From Omnitrophica bacterium GWA2_41_15 (GTDB lineage: Bacteria > Omnitrophota > Gorgyraeia > Gygaellales > UBA12090), in assembly GCA_919902675.1 (NCBI GenBank), contig CAKKRH010000023.1, positions 12,000 to 75,999 on the forward strand: DNA of 64,000 nucleotides, in the 5' to 3' direction. Numbering within the stretch: the stretch's first letter is position 1; every line of letters begins with the position of its first letter. The position numbers and the translations under genes were made by a program. Shown here in pieces: positions 7,494-16,807 of the stretch. The notes below the pieces were generated by a model, which saw only the letters and a list, made by a program, of their open reading frames with translations, searched no databases and had not been told where the DNA came from.

Positions 7494-9173
7494 ATGAGAG
7501 TAGCGTTATATACGAGGGTAAGCACAGAGGATCAGGCGCGCGAAGGTTATTCGCTGGAGGTGCAGAGGACATATCTTTTGCAATACGCGAAAAATTTCGG
7601 CTGGGATGTTTTTTGCAGTATGTCGGGCCGGGATGTTTATATGGATGATGGTTATTCCGGCGGCAATATGGACAGACCGGCGTTGCAGAGACTTTTGTTT
7701 GACGCGCGCAATAAGCAGTTTGATCTGATCTTGGTATACAAGCAGGATCGCCTAAGCCGTCGGCTTAAGGATCTGTTGGGATTGCTTGAGGAGATTGATT
7801 CTTTGGGTATTGGCTATAAATCGGCGACCGAGCCATTCGATACCACATCCAGCGCCGGTAAGATGGCGATTCAGATGTTGGGCAGTTGCGCGGAGTTTGA
7901 ACGCAATCGTTTGGTCGAGAGGGTATTCCCGGGCATGGTTGTTGGCGTTAAAAGAGGCCACTGGCAAGGCGCGCGGTATGCGCCGTATGGGTATCGTTAC
8001 AATAAGGAAATCAAGAAGTTGGAAGTCCATCCGGAAGAGGCAAAAATCGTTAAAGAAATTTATGCGATGTACATAAGCGGCACGAGCACTTCGCGGATCG
8101 CAGGGCATTATTACAATCTCGGGATCCCCTCAAGGCAAGGCGGACGGTTTTATAATAAATTCATTTCCAGTATTCTGCAGAGTGAGGTCTATTTAGGGAT
8201 GCTGGTGTGGAATAGACGTCGCTATAACACAAAAGAAAAGACAAAGAACGGCGAAGGCAAAGGTTACAAGTACGTGAATAATGATCCGTCCAAGATCATT
8301 GAAGTACCGAATACTCACGAGCCGATAATTACGCAAAGAGATTTTGATGAGGCCAGAACGCTTCTCAAACGTAACCGCACCAATGGTGTGGTTAGATTCA
8401 GGAATAATGTTTATCAGCTTTCCGGTATTCTGAAATGCAATGAGTGCGGAGGCAATTACCGCGGAATCACCGCGACAGTTAATCATCGCACCAAAATGCG
8501 GCGGCCATGGTATCGTTGTTCTTCCAAAGGCATACCGCATATTAAATGTAGTAATAAATCTGTTACGGCTGACGCGATCAATAAGCAAGTTTGGGATATC
8601 GTAGAAGTCATCCGTCAGAATCTTCATGTGCTTGAGGAACTGGGTGACATGATCAAACTTAACGCATCCGAGCCGGAGCAGTTGTATGTCGAGCAGTTAG
8701 AGGATAAAGACGCGCTTCTTAAGAAGAATATCGAGAAGCAAAAGGGGATCTACGAGTTGTTTTCAGAGGATAAAATTAATCTCGCGCTTTATAAGGATAG
8801 GGCCGAGCTTTTGAGTAATGAGGAGAAAAAACTAAAGCAGGATATCAAGGCGATTCAGCTTAAGATTCTGGATAAGCGTAATTCCGTTAACCTTGTTAAG
8901 GCGACGCAGGATTTCCTTTTAAGGTTACGGAGCACGCCGGATGATCGTCAATTGGATTATCTGGTCAAAACCTTTATGCGGATCATTTTTAAATCGATCC
9001 ACATCCAGAATCAGGAGATCGTGAAGTTCGATCTGAACGAGCCTTGGAAGACTTGCTATGAAGAGGGGATGAAATGGTTGAAAACGAGCGAAAAGACGAC
9101 AATACAGGCGATTCCGGAGGCAAAAGCCCGAAGAAGTTACGTGTGCTTTTGCGCACCTTCGGATGCCAGATGA
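7494..9173 (+). CDS. Large serine recombinase (integrase)
   Basis: Resolvase-type catalytic N-terminus (VALYTRVSTEDQAREGYSLEVQ). Recombinase domain, then a Cys-rich zinc ribbon (CNECGGNY...WYRCSSKGIPHIKC) and a long coiled-coil segment. The last 100 nt overlap miaB in another frame. Confidence 0.9.
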   Translation: MRVALYTRVSTEDQAREGYSLEVQRTYLLQYAKNFGWDVFCSMSGRDVYMDDGYSGGNMDRPALQRLLFDARNKQFDLILVYKQDRLSRRLKDLLGLLEEIDSLGIGYKSATEPFDTTSSAGKMAIQMLGSCAEFERNRLVERVFPGMVVGVKRGHWQGARYAPYGYRYNKEIKKLEVHPEEAKIVKEIYAMYISGTSTSRIAGHYYNLGIPSRQGGRFYNKFISSILQSEVYLGMLVWNRRRYNTKEKTKNGEGKGYKYVNNDPSKIIEVPNTHEPIITQRDFDEARTLLKRNRTNGVVRFRNNVYQLSGILKCNECGGNYRGITATVNHRTKMRRPWYRCSSKGIPHIKCSNKSVTADAINKQVWDIVEVIRQNLHVLEELGDMIKLNASEPEQLYVEQLEDKDALLKKNIEKQKGIYELFSEDKINLALYKDRAELLSNEEKKLKQDIKAIQLKILDKRNSVNLVKATQDFLLRLRSTPDDRQLDYLVKTFMRIIFKSIHIQNQEIVKFDLNEPWKTCYEEGMKWLKTSEKTTIQAIPEAKARRSYVCFCAPSDAR

Positions 9174-10294
9174 ATATCCGAGATTCAGAGGCGATTGTGG
9201 GGATGCTTTTGGAAGGGGGATTTGGAGTAACGGAAGTTGAGGAAAAGGCTGATGCAGTGTTGTTCGTTACCTGTTCGGTGCGCCAGCACGCGGAGGATAA
9301 GGTCTGGTCGGAAATTGGGAGGATAGCTAAGGGGAAGGGGCGATCCTCCGGGATGGAGGGACAGTCCACTTCGGGGACATTCCCTATAATTGGCCTCATT
9401 GGCTGTATGGCGGAAAATTACAAGGAAGGCGCTTTTAAGAGGGCGCCGGGGGTGGATTTGGTGGTGGGGACGAATAATATCGGGGAAATTCCTCAATTGC
9501 TGAAAGAACTTCTTAAAGCCAAACCCAAAACCCAGAGCAGAGGACAAAAATTAGCCGTGGGTAAGGATAAGCGCGATGAATTCGTGTATCAACCCGAATT
9601 CCACCAGGAAGATAACCACAGCCTTGTGGTTATCTCTGAGGGTTGCGATAACTTTTGCTCTTACTGCATCGTGCCGCGGGTGCGGGGGCGCCTGCGCCAT
9701 CGGAAGCCGGAAGATATCTTAAAGGAAATAAAAAGAAATATTGAAAAAGGAGCCGCCTGCGTTACCCTTCTAGGGCAAAACGTAAACGCGTATAAGTATG
9801 ATAAAACGGATTTTATTGATCTACTTAAGCTGGTTAACGCGATTACAGGCCTGGCGGAGTTCGGTTTTGTTACTTCACATCCCAAAGACGCCTCGCTTAA
9901 GCTTTTCCAGGCCATGGCGGATTTGGAAAAATTAAAAAAATATTTACACTTGCCTTTTCAGTCCGCTTCAAATAGAATATTAGAGATAATGCGCCGGGGC
10001 TATAGCCCGGAGCATTATCTGGATTTGGCGCGGGCCTACCGAAAGATTGTGCCACAAGGCGAGCTTTCCACGGATGTAATTGTGGGGTTTCCGGGTGAGA
10101 CTGAGGAGGACTTTCTAAAGACCAAAGAGCTGATGGAGGAGGTCCGGTTTAATAACGCTTACATCTTTAAATACTCTCCACGGCCTAATACCAAGGCTGA
10201 AAAGCTCAAAGACGACGTGCCTAAGGAAGAAAAGGAGAGGCGGCATAAAATTTTGCTTGATCTTCAAAGGCAAATTTCCCGTGAACTAAAATAA
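9074..10294 (+). CDS. miaB: MiaB-like tRNA methylthiotransferase (no TRAM domain visible)
   Basis: UPF0004 N-domain (LRTFGCQMNIRDSEAIVG) and radical-SAM CxxxCxxC (CDNFCSYCIVP). miaA lies two genes downstream. The protein ends right after the radical-SAM core (...ERRHKILLDLQRQISRELK). Confidence 0.85.
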   Translation: MVENERKDDNTGDSGGKSPKKLRVLLRTFGCQMNIRDSEAIVGMLLEGGFGVTEVEEKADAVLFVTCSVRQHAEDKVWSEIGRIAKGKGRSSGMEGQSTSGTFPIIGLIGCMAENYKEGAFKRAPGVDLVVGTNNIGEIPQLLKELLKAKPKTQSRGQKLAVGKDKRDEFVYQPEFHQEDNHSLVVISEGCDNFCSYCIVPRVRGRLRHRKPEDILKEIKRNIEKGAACVTLLGQNVNAYKYDKTDFIDLLKLVNAITGLAEFGFVTSHPKDASLKLFQAMADLEKLKKYLHLPFQSASNRILEIMRRGYSPEHYLDLARAYRKIVPQGELSTDVIVGFPGETEEDFLKTKELMEEVRFNNAYIFKYSPRPNTKAEKLKDDVPKEEKERRHKILLDLQRQISRELK

Positions 10295-10299
10295 AAAAC

Positions 10300-11061
10300 A
10301 TGAGACCCAAAATACTTATATTTATTTTTTCTCTATGGACTGTGGACTGTGGACTATGGACTCATTCTCTCTGCGCCGAAACCATAAACAAAGCCGCCTC
10401 TTTATATCTTCAAGGCAGTTATAGCGAGAGTATTAATGAATGCGGAATTAATATCGCCAGGGATAATTCGCCGGATAGCGCGCTTTATTTAGCCGGCCTG
10501 AATTTCTTAAGAATAAAGGATACTGAGAGGGCCAGGGAAAAGCTTACCCGGGTGATGGATAATTTCAAGTCCAGCCGTTATCTTGATCCGGCAAAATTAG
10601 CTTATGCCGATACCTTTTTTATGGAGCAAGATTATGCTAAGGCCGGACAGCTCTATGAAGACGAGCTCAAGGCCGATTCCAAATTGGCCAGCGCCCTGCT
10701 CTTAAGATTAAGCCAATGCGCTTTAAAGTCCGGAAGTTGGTCCAAGGCCAAGGATTATATGGATACTCTAAAGCAAAGATATCCCTTAAGCCTAGAGGCG
10801 AATATCCCCGCCTCCATAACCCAGGCAATAAATAATCAATTCTTTACGGTCCAGGTCGGCTCTTTTGCTAGCTCCCAGAACGCCAAAAAACTTCTTGAGA
10901 AGCTAAAAAAGAATAACTTTGACGCCTATATCGAAGAAACAAGCTCAGACTTTAAGACCCTTTACCGGGTGCGCGCGGGAAAATTAGACACCCGGGCCCA
11001 GGCGGAAAGCCTGAAACAGATATTGGAAGAAAAAGGTTACCCCGCCAGAATCTATCCTTAA
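10300..11061 (+). CDS. Envelope protein with TPR-like region and C-terminal SPOR domain
   Basis: N-terminal hydrophobic signal-like segment. The C-terminus FFTVQVGSFASSQNAKKLLEKLKK...YRVRAGKLDTRAQAESLKQILEEKGYPARIY is a typical SPOR peptidoglycan-binding domain. Confidence 0.75.
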   Translation: MRPKILIFIFSLWTVDCGLWTHSLCAETINKAASLYLQGSYSESINECGINIARDNSPDSALYLAGLNFLRIKDTERAREKLTRVMDNFKSSRYLDPAKLAYADTFFMEQDYAKAGQLYEDELKADSKLASALLLRLSQCALKSGSWSKAKDYMDTLKQRYPLSLEANIPASITQAINNQFFTVQVGSFASSQNAKKLLEKLKKNNFDAYIEETSSDFKTLYRVRAGKLDTRAQAESLKQILEEKGYPARIYP

Positions 11062-12020
11062 TGACCCGCCGCCTTCTGCCCTGCGTAAAACAAAAGCCAA
11101 AGATACTCTTTCTCATCGGCCCTACCGCGGTGGGAAAAACCGCGCTCTCCTTAAAATTAGCCCGGAAAATCAATGCCCAAATAATCTCTTTAGACTCAAT
11201 GCAAGTCTATCAAGGGATTGATATCTTAAGCTCAAAGCCGGGCCTAAAACCACGCCAAGAAATCAAACATCATCTGATTGACATTCTAAGCCCGGATAAA
11301 GAGTTTGATGCCGCTTGCTACCGGAGATTAGCCGTCAGGGCAATTAAGGACATTCACCAAAAAGGTAAAATTCCCTTGTTTGTCGGCGGAACCGGACTTT
11401 ATCTAAAAGTGCTCCTGGAGGGAATCTTTACCGGAGCAAGCAAGGATGAGGACTTGCGCCAAGAACTTTACCGAGAGGCGGAAACTTCGGGAAGCGAGTA
11501 TCTCCATCAAAAACTAAAAGAAGTGGATGAAGAATCCGCCGCCAGGATCCATCCCAATGACACCAAGCGTATCATCCGGGCGCTTGAGGTCTATAAGCTC
11601 ACCGGAAAGCCGATCTCCGAACTGCGGAAAAAAATAAAAGGCCTTGAAGATAAATATGAGATTATTGTTTTTGGGTTAAATAAGGACCGGGAGATTTTAT
11701 ATAAAAGCATAGACCAACGGGTAGATGAAATGTTTGAGCGCGGCCTGGTAGATGAGGTAAAGAAACTGCTCTCCGGAAGCTTGAGCCTTACCTGCAAACA
11801 GGCAATCGGAATCCGGGAAATCCGGGACTACCTGGAAGGAAAACACGATTTAGAGCAAGCCAAGGGCCTGCTTAAGAAGAACACCCGTAATTACGCCAAA
11901 AGGCAGTTAACCTGGTTTAGGAAAGATAAAAAGATTATCTGGCTGGATGCCGATGACAAGCAAATTATAAACAGGATGACGCGCTATATCTTATCCGAGA
12001 AGGAAGGAAAAAGGGCTTAA
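11061..12020 (+). CDS. miaA: tRNA dimethylallyltransferase
   Basis: P-loop GPTAVGKTALSLKLA, then SLDSMQVYQGIDILSSKP, with full-length MiaA-like organisation. Confidence 0.9.
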   Translation: MTRRLLPCVKQKPKILFLIGPTAVGKTALSLKLARKINAQIISLDSMQVYQGIDILSSKPGLKPRQEIKHHLIDILSPDKEFDAACYRRLAVRAIKDIHQKGKIPLFVGGTGLYLKVLLEGIFTGASKDEDLRQELYREAETSGSEYLHQKLKEVDEESAARIHPNDTKRIIRALEVYKLTGKPISELRKKIKGLEDKYEIIVFGLNKDREILYKSIDQRVDEMFERGLVDEVKKLLSGSLSLTCKQAIGIREIRDYLEGKHDLEQAKGLLKKNTRNYAKRQLTWFRKDKKIIWLDADDKQIINRMTRYILSEKEGKRA

Positions 12021-12021
12021 G

Positions 12022-13290
12022 ATGATCGAACTGAATCAAAAAGAAAAGGCCTTATTGGTTACGATTGATGTATTCGCCTTCAGGGATAAGGCGCTTAAGA
12101 TTGAAGAAGAGGCCCGGGAATTAAAGGAATTAGCCATGACCTCCGGGGTTGAGGTTATTGAGGAATTAACCTGCCACTATGATAGTCCCGCGCCTAACCT
12201 CTTTATCGGTAAAGGCAAGGCCGAAGAATTAAGCCTGATTGCCGCTGAGCATAATGTTGATGTAGTCATATTCTCGGTAGACCTCTCCGGGACCCAGCAA
12301 AGAAACCTGGAGGAGGCGATTGGACGCAAGGTAATTGACCGCACCCAGCTTATTTTAGACATCTTCTCCCGACACGCTAAATCCCCGGAGGGGAAAACCC
12401 AGGTGGAGCTGGCCCAATTGGAATATCTTCTGCCCCGGCTGATTGGCAAAGGCATAATGCTTTCCCGCTTAGGAGGCGGCATCGGCACATCCGGCCCGGG
12501 AGAACAAAAACTTGAGCTTGACCGCCGGAGAATCCGCGGCCGGATTACCCGGCTAAGGGCGGATTTAGAAAAAATGCGCTCCCAAAGGCACCTAATCCGC
12601 AAAAAAAGAATAGCGCAAAAATTACCCCTGATTGCCCTGGTAGGCTACACCAATGCCGGAAAAACCACCCTACTTAACACCCTGGTCAACGAACACCAGT
12701 TAGCCGATAACCAGCTCTTTACCACCCTGGACCCCCTAAGCAGGACCCTGGTCCTGCCTGAGTGTCAAAAAGTGATAATCTCAGATACCGTGGGGTTCCT
12801 GCATAACCTGCCCCATCATCTGATTGAGGCCTTCAAGTCCACCCTAGAGGACGTTAAGGATGCGGATTTACTGCTGCATGTTCTGGATATATCCTCTACC
12901 TTGCGCTACGAGTATCATCAGGCAGTTGAGGCAGTACTAAAAGAATTAGCCTGCGCGGATAAACCGCTTATCACTGTTCTCAATAAAGCGGATAAATTAG
13001 AGGAGCAGAACTGGATTGAGAAATACAAGCTGGATTTTCCTGATTCTGTAGCCATCTCGGCCCTGAAGAAAGAAAATATAGAGAAACTTTTATCCCGGAT
13101 ATCCCAAAAGATCCCTAAAACCATCCATAAAATCTCCATATCCGTCCCCTTAGATAAAATGAGCCTGGTAGACCTGATTTACCGTGAAGGCAAGGTAGAA
13201 AAAATAAAATATACCAGCAAGTCCATTGCCATCATCGCTCAAATTCCGGACGCGCTAATCCATAAGTTTAACCAATACCTAAAAGAATAA
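12022..13290 (+). CDS. hflX: GTPase HflX
   Basis: HflX N-domain, then the G-domain motif GYTNAGKTTLLNTL, DTVGF and NKAD. This is the classic miaA-hflX neighbourhood. Confidence 0.9.
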   Translation: MIELNQKEKALLVTIDVFAFRDKALKIEEEARELKELAMTSGVEVIEELTCHYDSPAPNLFIGKGKAEELSLIAAEHNVDVVIFSVDLSGTQQRNLEEAIGRKVIDRTQLILDIFSRHAKSPEGKTQVELAQLEYLLPRLIGKGIMLSRLGGGIGTSGPGEQKLELDRRRIRGRITRLRADLEKMRSQRHLIRKKRIAQKLPLIALVGYTNAGKTTLLNTLVNEHQLADNQLFTTLDPLSRTLVLPECQKVIISDTVGFLHNLPHHLIEAFKSTLEDVKDADLLLHVLDISSTLRYEYHQAVEAVLKELACADKPLITVLNKADKLEEQNWIEKYKLDFPDSVAISALKKENIEKLLSRISQKIPKTIHKISISVPLDKMSLVDLIYREGKVEKIKYTSKSIAIIAQIPDALIHKFNQYLKE

Positions 13291-13365
13291 CCTCTTTTGG
13301 CGGTTAATGCTTAGTTTAAAATAATGGTAAGTGTTAGAATATCTAACTAAAATTATTAAAATATC

Positions 13366-13394
13366 TTGACAAATAAGTTAATTTAAAGTATTCT
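13366..13394 (+). promoter_or_regulatory. Sigma-70-type promoter (TTGACA-N17-TATTCT)
   Basis: ttgaca at 13366-13371, a 17-nt spacer, tattct at 13389-13394. It lies upstream of the long palindrome and the hspR-like gene. Confidence 0.55.
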
Positions 13395-13411
13395 ATTGTT
13401 AGAAATTTATA

Positions 13412-13573
13412 AACCCGGATTTTGCAATAGGAATGCGGCACCGAGACGCCAAAGAAGGATGCAGATTTGGCAGAAAAAAGTGCGCGCATACTTTTAGTAT
13501 GTAAGCGCTTTTTTCTGACGAAGATGCGCCCTTATTTGGCGGCGAATGCCATTACTATTGCAAATTCCGGGTT
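13412..13573 (+). other. Imperfect palindrome of about 160 nt (extended hairpin) in the hspR-like leader
   Basis: aacccgga (13412-13419) pairs with tccgggtt (13566-13573). Further complementary blocks are tttgcaatag/ctattgcaaa, cgccaaa/tttggcg, cagaaaaaag/cttttttctg and atac/gtat around the centre at about 13490-13500. Confidence 0.7.
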
Positions 13574-13585
13574 AAAGGTAGAGAT

Positions 13586-13849
13586 ATGACTTTATGCAAT
13601 ATCCAAATCAGTCCGGATGAACCGGTATATGTTATCAGCGTAGTGAGTAAACTGGTGGATTTGCCTGTCTGGACCTTACGCCAATTAGATAGAAAAGGCG
13701 TAGTCTGTCCTAAAAGAATCGGCAGAAAGAGCCGGCTTTATTCGCTTAAGGACATGCGAAGATTAGAACAAGTTCATTTCCTGATGATAGAAAAGCGGGT
13801 GAATATTAGCGGGATTAAGGTAATCCTGGAACAAGAACTTTTAAAATAA
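13586..13849 (+). CDS. hspR: MerR-family heat-shock regulator, HspR-like
   Basis: VYVISVVSKLVDLPVWTLRQLDRKGVVCPKRIGRKSRLYSLKDMRRLEQVHFLM..NISGIKVILE closely follows the HspR pattern (YVISV..L......LR.YDR.GLV.P.R..G..R.YS..D...L..V). It lies directly upstream of clpB. Confidence 0.75.
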   Translation: MTLCNIQISPDEPVYVISVVSKLVDLPVWTLRQLDRKGVVCPKRIGRKSRLYSLKDMRRLEQVHFLMIEKRVNISGIKVILEQELLK

Positions 13850-13866
13850 ATTTTTTTATATTTTTA

Positions 13867-13896
13867 TTGGCACTCTCACTAAAAGAGTGCTAAAAT
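13867..13896 (+). promoter_or_regulatory. CIRCE operator (HrcA site) embedded in a sigma-70-type promoter upstream of clpB
   Basis: ttggcactc-tcactaaaa-gagtgctaa (13867-13893) matches the CIRCE consensus TTAGCACTC-N9-GAGTGCTAA with one mismatch. TTGGCA (13867-13872) and TAAAAT (13891-13896), spaced 18 nt apart, form a plausible -35/-10 pair overlapping it. Confidence 0.85.
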
Positions 13897-14073
13897 AAAT
13901 TAAAAGTAAAGAGCAAAGAAATAGGAAGAATAAATAACCGGCAATCAGACTGTGTCATAATACCATTATAACCTTTAGGATAGGCGGGGTTTTCTAACCC
14001 CGCCACGACGATGCGGGACAAGAATGTCCCGCCTATCCGGAGAAAAAGTGTATTGCGGCACAGTCTCAATGTT

Positions 14074-16737
14074 ATGCGTTTAGAAAAATATACTTTAAAA
14101 TTACAGGAAGCCCTGCAGACGGCCCTGGAGTCGGCCCGGGAATTAAACCATCAACAGGTGGATACCGAGCATCTCTTAGCAGCCCTGCTTAAGCAGGAAG
14201 AGGGCCTGACTGCCGAACTCTTATCCGCCCTGGGTGTCAATACCGCTTCTTTAGCAAAACAACTCCGGGATGACCTAAACGCCCGGCCCAAGGTTTATTC
14301 TTCCTCAAACGAAGCCCATCTTTCTTCCCGATTGAATAACGCCCTGCAAGGCGCCGAGAGAGAAGCCCGGCAAATGGGCGATGAATATGTTTCCTGGGAA
14401 CACCTGTTGTTGGCTGTCCTTGACCACAAGGATACCCTGTTGGCCAAATATAACATCAACAGGGATAAATTTTTAGCGCAACTGGCTAAGATCAGGGGTA
14501 ACCAGCGGGTAAGCGATGCTGACCCTGAGGCAAAATACAAAGCCCTGGAGAAATACAGCCGCAATCTAACTGACTTAGCCCAGAAAGGAAAATTAGACCC
14601 GGTCATCGGCAGGGATGAAGAAATCCGGCGGCTGATTCAGGTTTTATCCCGCAGGACCAAAAATAATCCGGTGTTAATCGGCGAACCCGGAGTGGGCAAG
14701 ACCGCGATCGTGGAAGGGCTGGCCCAGAGGATAATCAATCAGGATATCCCGGAAGGCCTGAAAGATAAAGAGGTCCTCTCCTTAGATTTAGGGGCTTTGA
14801 TCGCCGGGGCAAAATTCCGGGGTGAATTTGAAGACAGGCTTAAGGCGGTATTAAAAGAGATCCATTCCCGGGAAGGCGAGATTATTCTTTTTATTGATGA
14901 ACTGCATACCGTGGTAGGCGCCGGCGCCGGTGAAGGAGCGGTGGATGCCGCGAATATGCTTAAGCCGGCCTTGGCCCGGGGAGAATTGCGCTGTATCGGA
15001 GCCACCACTCTGGATGAATACCGCAAATACATTGAAAAAGACGCGGCCCTGGAGCGCAGGTTTCAGCCGATTATGGTTGGTGAACCCACAGTTGAGGATA
15101 CCATTGCCATTCTGCGCGGCCTAAAAGAACGCTACGAAACCCATCATGGGGTGCGCATCAAGGATTCGGCGATTCTCGCCGCGGCCGGACTCTCCAGCCG
15201 CTACATCACTGAGAGGTTCCTGCCGGATAAGGCAATTGATTTAATTGATGAGGCGGCCTCGGGCCTGCGAATTGAAATTGACAGCAAACCCCAGGAGTTA
15301 GATGTTATTGAACGTAAAATAATGCAGATTGAGATTGAAAAACAGGCCTTAAAGAAAGAAAAAGACGAAAATTCTTTGGAGCGGCTTAAAAAAATAGAAA
15401 AGGAATTGGCCTCTCTAAAAGAAAAATCCAAGGAACTTTCCGGACACTGGAAATTAGAGAAAGAGGGAATCCAGGAAATCCGCGAACTTAAAAACAATAT
15501 CGAAGAGCTCAAGGCGCAAGAAAAGAAACACGAGCGCGCCGGTAATTTGGATAAGGTAGCCGAAATCCGTTACGGAAAATTATTAGACCTGGGCAAAAAA
15601 TTAGACGCGCGAAACCTGGCATTGCAAAAACTGCAAAGCTCAAAATCAATGCTCAAGGAAGAGGTAGATGAGGAGGATATAGCCGGGGTAGTCTCCCGCT
15701 GGACGCGCATCCCCTTAAGCAAGCTTTTAGAGGGAGAGAAAGAAAAACTGCTTAAGGCCGAAGAGCGGCTTAAAAGCCGGGTCATTGGCCAGGATGAGGC
15801 GGTAGAGGCGGTTTCAAATTGTATCCTGCGCTCGCGCTCCGGGTTGGGTGATCCGCATAAACCCCTGGGGTCTTTCATCTTTATGGGGCCCACCGGAGTT
15901 GGAAAAACCGAATTAGCCAAATCCCTGGCCTGGTTTTTGTTTGACGACGAACAAGCCTTAATCCGGATTGATATGTCCGAATATATGGAAAAACACACTA
16001 CCTCCAGGCTCTTGGGCGCGCCTCCCGGATATGTCGGCTATGACGAAGGCGGACAGCTTAGCGAAGCCGTCAGGCGCAAACCCTATTCAGTGGTGCTCTT
16101 TGATGAGATTGAAAAGGCCCACCCCGAGGTCCTGGATGTCTTATTGCAGATTTTGGATGACGGACGAGCCACTGACGGCCAGGGAAGAATAATTAATTTC
16201 AAAAATACCCTGATTATAATGACCTCGAACCTGCGCGACAGCCAAGAACTGAAAGAAAGGATGCGGCCGGAGTTTATTAACCGGATTGACGAAATAATCA
16301 TTTTTAAAAACTTAGGCCTGGATGAGATTAAGAAGATTATTGACATCCAGCTCAATCTGCTGCGGAAGAGATTAGAAGAGAAGAAAATAGGCCTCCAGCT
16401 AAGCGATAAAACCAAGGAGTTCTTTTCTAAAATCGGATTTGACCCTGTATACGGAGCCAGGCCCTTAAAGAGGATTATCCAGAGATACATCCAGAATCCC
16501 CTGTCTTTAAAAATCTTAGGCGGCGAAATAAAAGAGGGGGAGAATATAAAAATAATAACCGCTAAGGAAATTAATCCTTCAACTACTCTCAGGATTAATG
16601 GTGAGCGCGGTCGAACCATCAAAAATATAAACACCGATAAAATCATACATAGGATAAAACATCTCCCTGAAACAACCGAGCCTAAGACCGAAATAAGCCA
16701 AACCATTGACAATGAGATTATTTTTGTTAAAATATAG
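14074..16737 (+). CDS. clpB: Chaperone disaggregase ClpB
   Basis: Two AAA+ modules ([15 protein letters not shown]; [15 protein letters not shown]) with the long coiled-coil middle domain. The canonical N-terminus [14 protein letters not shown] starts at 14074. The track ORF starts at 14011, inside a leader hairpin. Confidence 0.92.
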   Translation: MRLEKYTLKLQEALQTALESARELNHQQVDTEHLLAALLKQEEGLTAELLSALGVNTASLAKQLRDDLNARPKVYSSSNEAHLSSRLNNALQGAEREARQMGDEYVSWEHLLLAVLDHKDTLLAKYNINRDKFLAQLAKIRGNQRVSDADPEAKYKALEKYSRNLTDLAQKGKLDPVIGRDEEIRRLIQVLSRRTKNNPVLIGEPGVGKTAIVEGLAQRIINQDIPEGLKDKEVLSLDLGALIAGAKFRGEFEDRLKAVLKEIHSREGEIILFIDELHTVVGAGAGEGAVDAANMLKPALARGELRCIGATTLDEYRKYIEKDAALERRFQPIMVGEPTVEDTIAILRGLKERYETHHGVRIKDSAILAAAGLSSRYITERFLPDKAIDLIDEAASGLRIEIDSKPQELDVIERKIMQIEIEKQALKKEKDENSLERLKKIEKELASLKEKSKELSGHWKLEKEGIQEIRELKNNIEELKAQEKKHERAGNLDKVAEIRYGKLLDLGKKLDARNLALQKLQSSKSMLKEEVDEEDIAGVVSRWTRIPLSKLLEGEKEKLLKAEERLKSRVIGQDEAVEAVSNCILRSRSGLGDPHKPLGSFIFMGPTGVGKTELAKSLAWFLFDDEQALIRIDMSEYMEKHTTSRLLGAPPGYVGYDEGGQLSEAVRRKPYSVVLFDEIEKAHPEVLDVLLQILDDGRATDGQGRIINFKNTLIIMTSNLRDSQELKERMRPEFINRIDEIIIFKNLGLDEIKKIIDIQLNLLRKRLEEKKIGLQLSDKTKEFFSKIGFDPVYGARPLKRIIQRYIQNPLSLKILGGEIKEGENIKIITAKEINPSTTLRINGERGRTIKNINTDKIIHRIKHLPETTEPKTEISQTIDNEIIFVKI

Positions 16738-16807
16738 CGTTAAGTCTTTTATTATCCTTAGGAATGCCCGCGAATTAAAATTCGCGTTAAGGCTGAATTT
16801 TTAAAAA

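Larger units (their letters stand above)
1..9173. mobile_element. Integrated serine-recombinase element (satellite/ICE-like): cargo operon, repeats, primase-helicase, excisionase, integrase. Left end not in window
   Basis: The primase-helicase, excisionase-type HTH and large serine recombinase are co-oriented, with the recombinase terminal and abutting the conserved gene miaB. Iteron-like repeats are present. The right boundary is approximate, somewhere around 9040-9173. Confidence 0.7.

Noticed and set aside
13355-13400. A search for an HspR HAIR operator (CTTGAGT-N7-ACTCAAG) near the hspR-like promoter (cttgacaaataagttaatttaaag).
   Set aside because: Only the left half loosely resembles HAIR and there is no inverted partner. 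I therefore make no HAIR call.
14011-14073. The 21-codon N-terminal extension of clpB in the ORF track ([21 protein letters not shown]).
   Set aside because: It is a translation of the GC hairpins of the leader. The canonical ClpB N-terminus [11 protein letters not shown] starts at 14074.
16083-16712. Long antisense ORFs inside well-supported genes, for example 209 aa opposite clpB, 219 aa opposite lptD (29656..30315), 150 aa opposite dnaK and 135 aa opposite smc.
   Set aside because: These are shadow ORFs within strongly supported genes. Their translations are low-complexity, Ser/Leu/Arg/Ile-rich, with no motifs and no independent signals.
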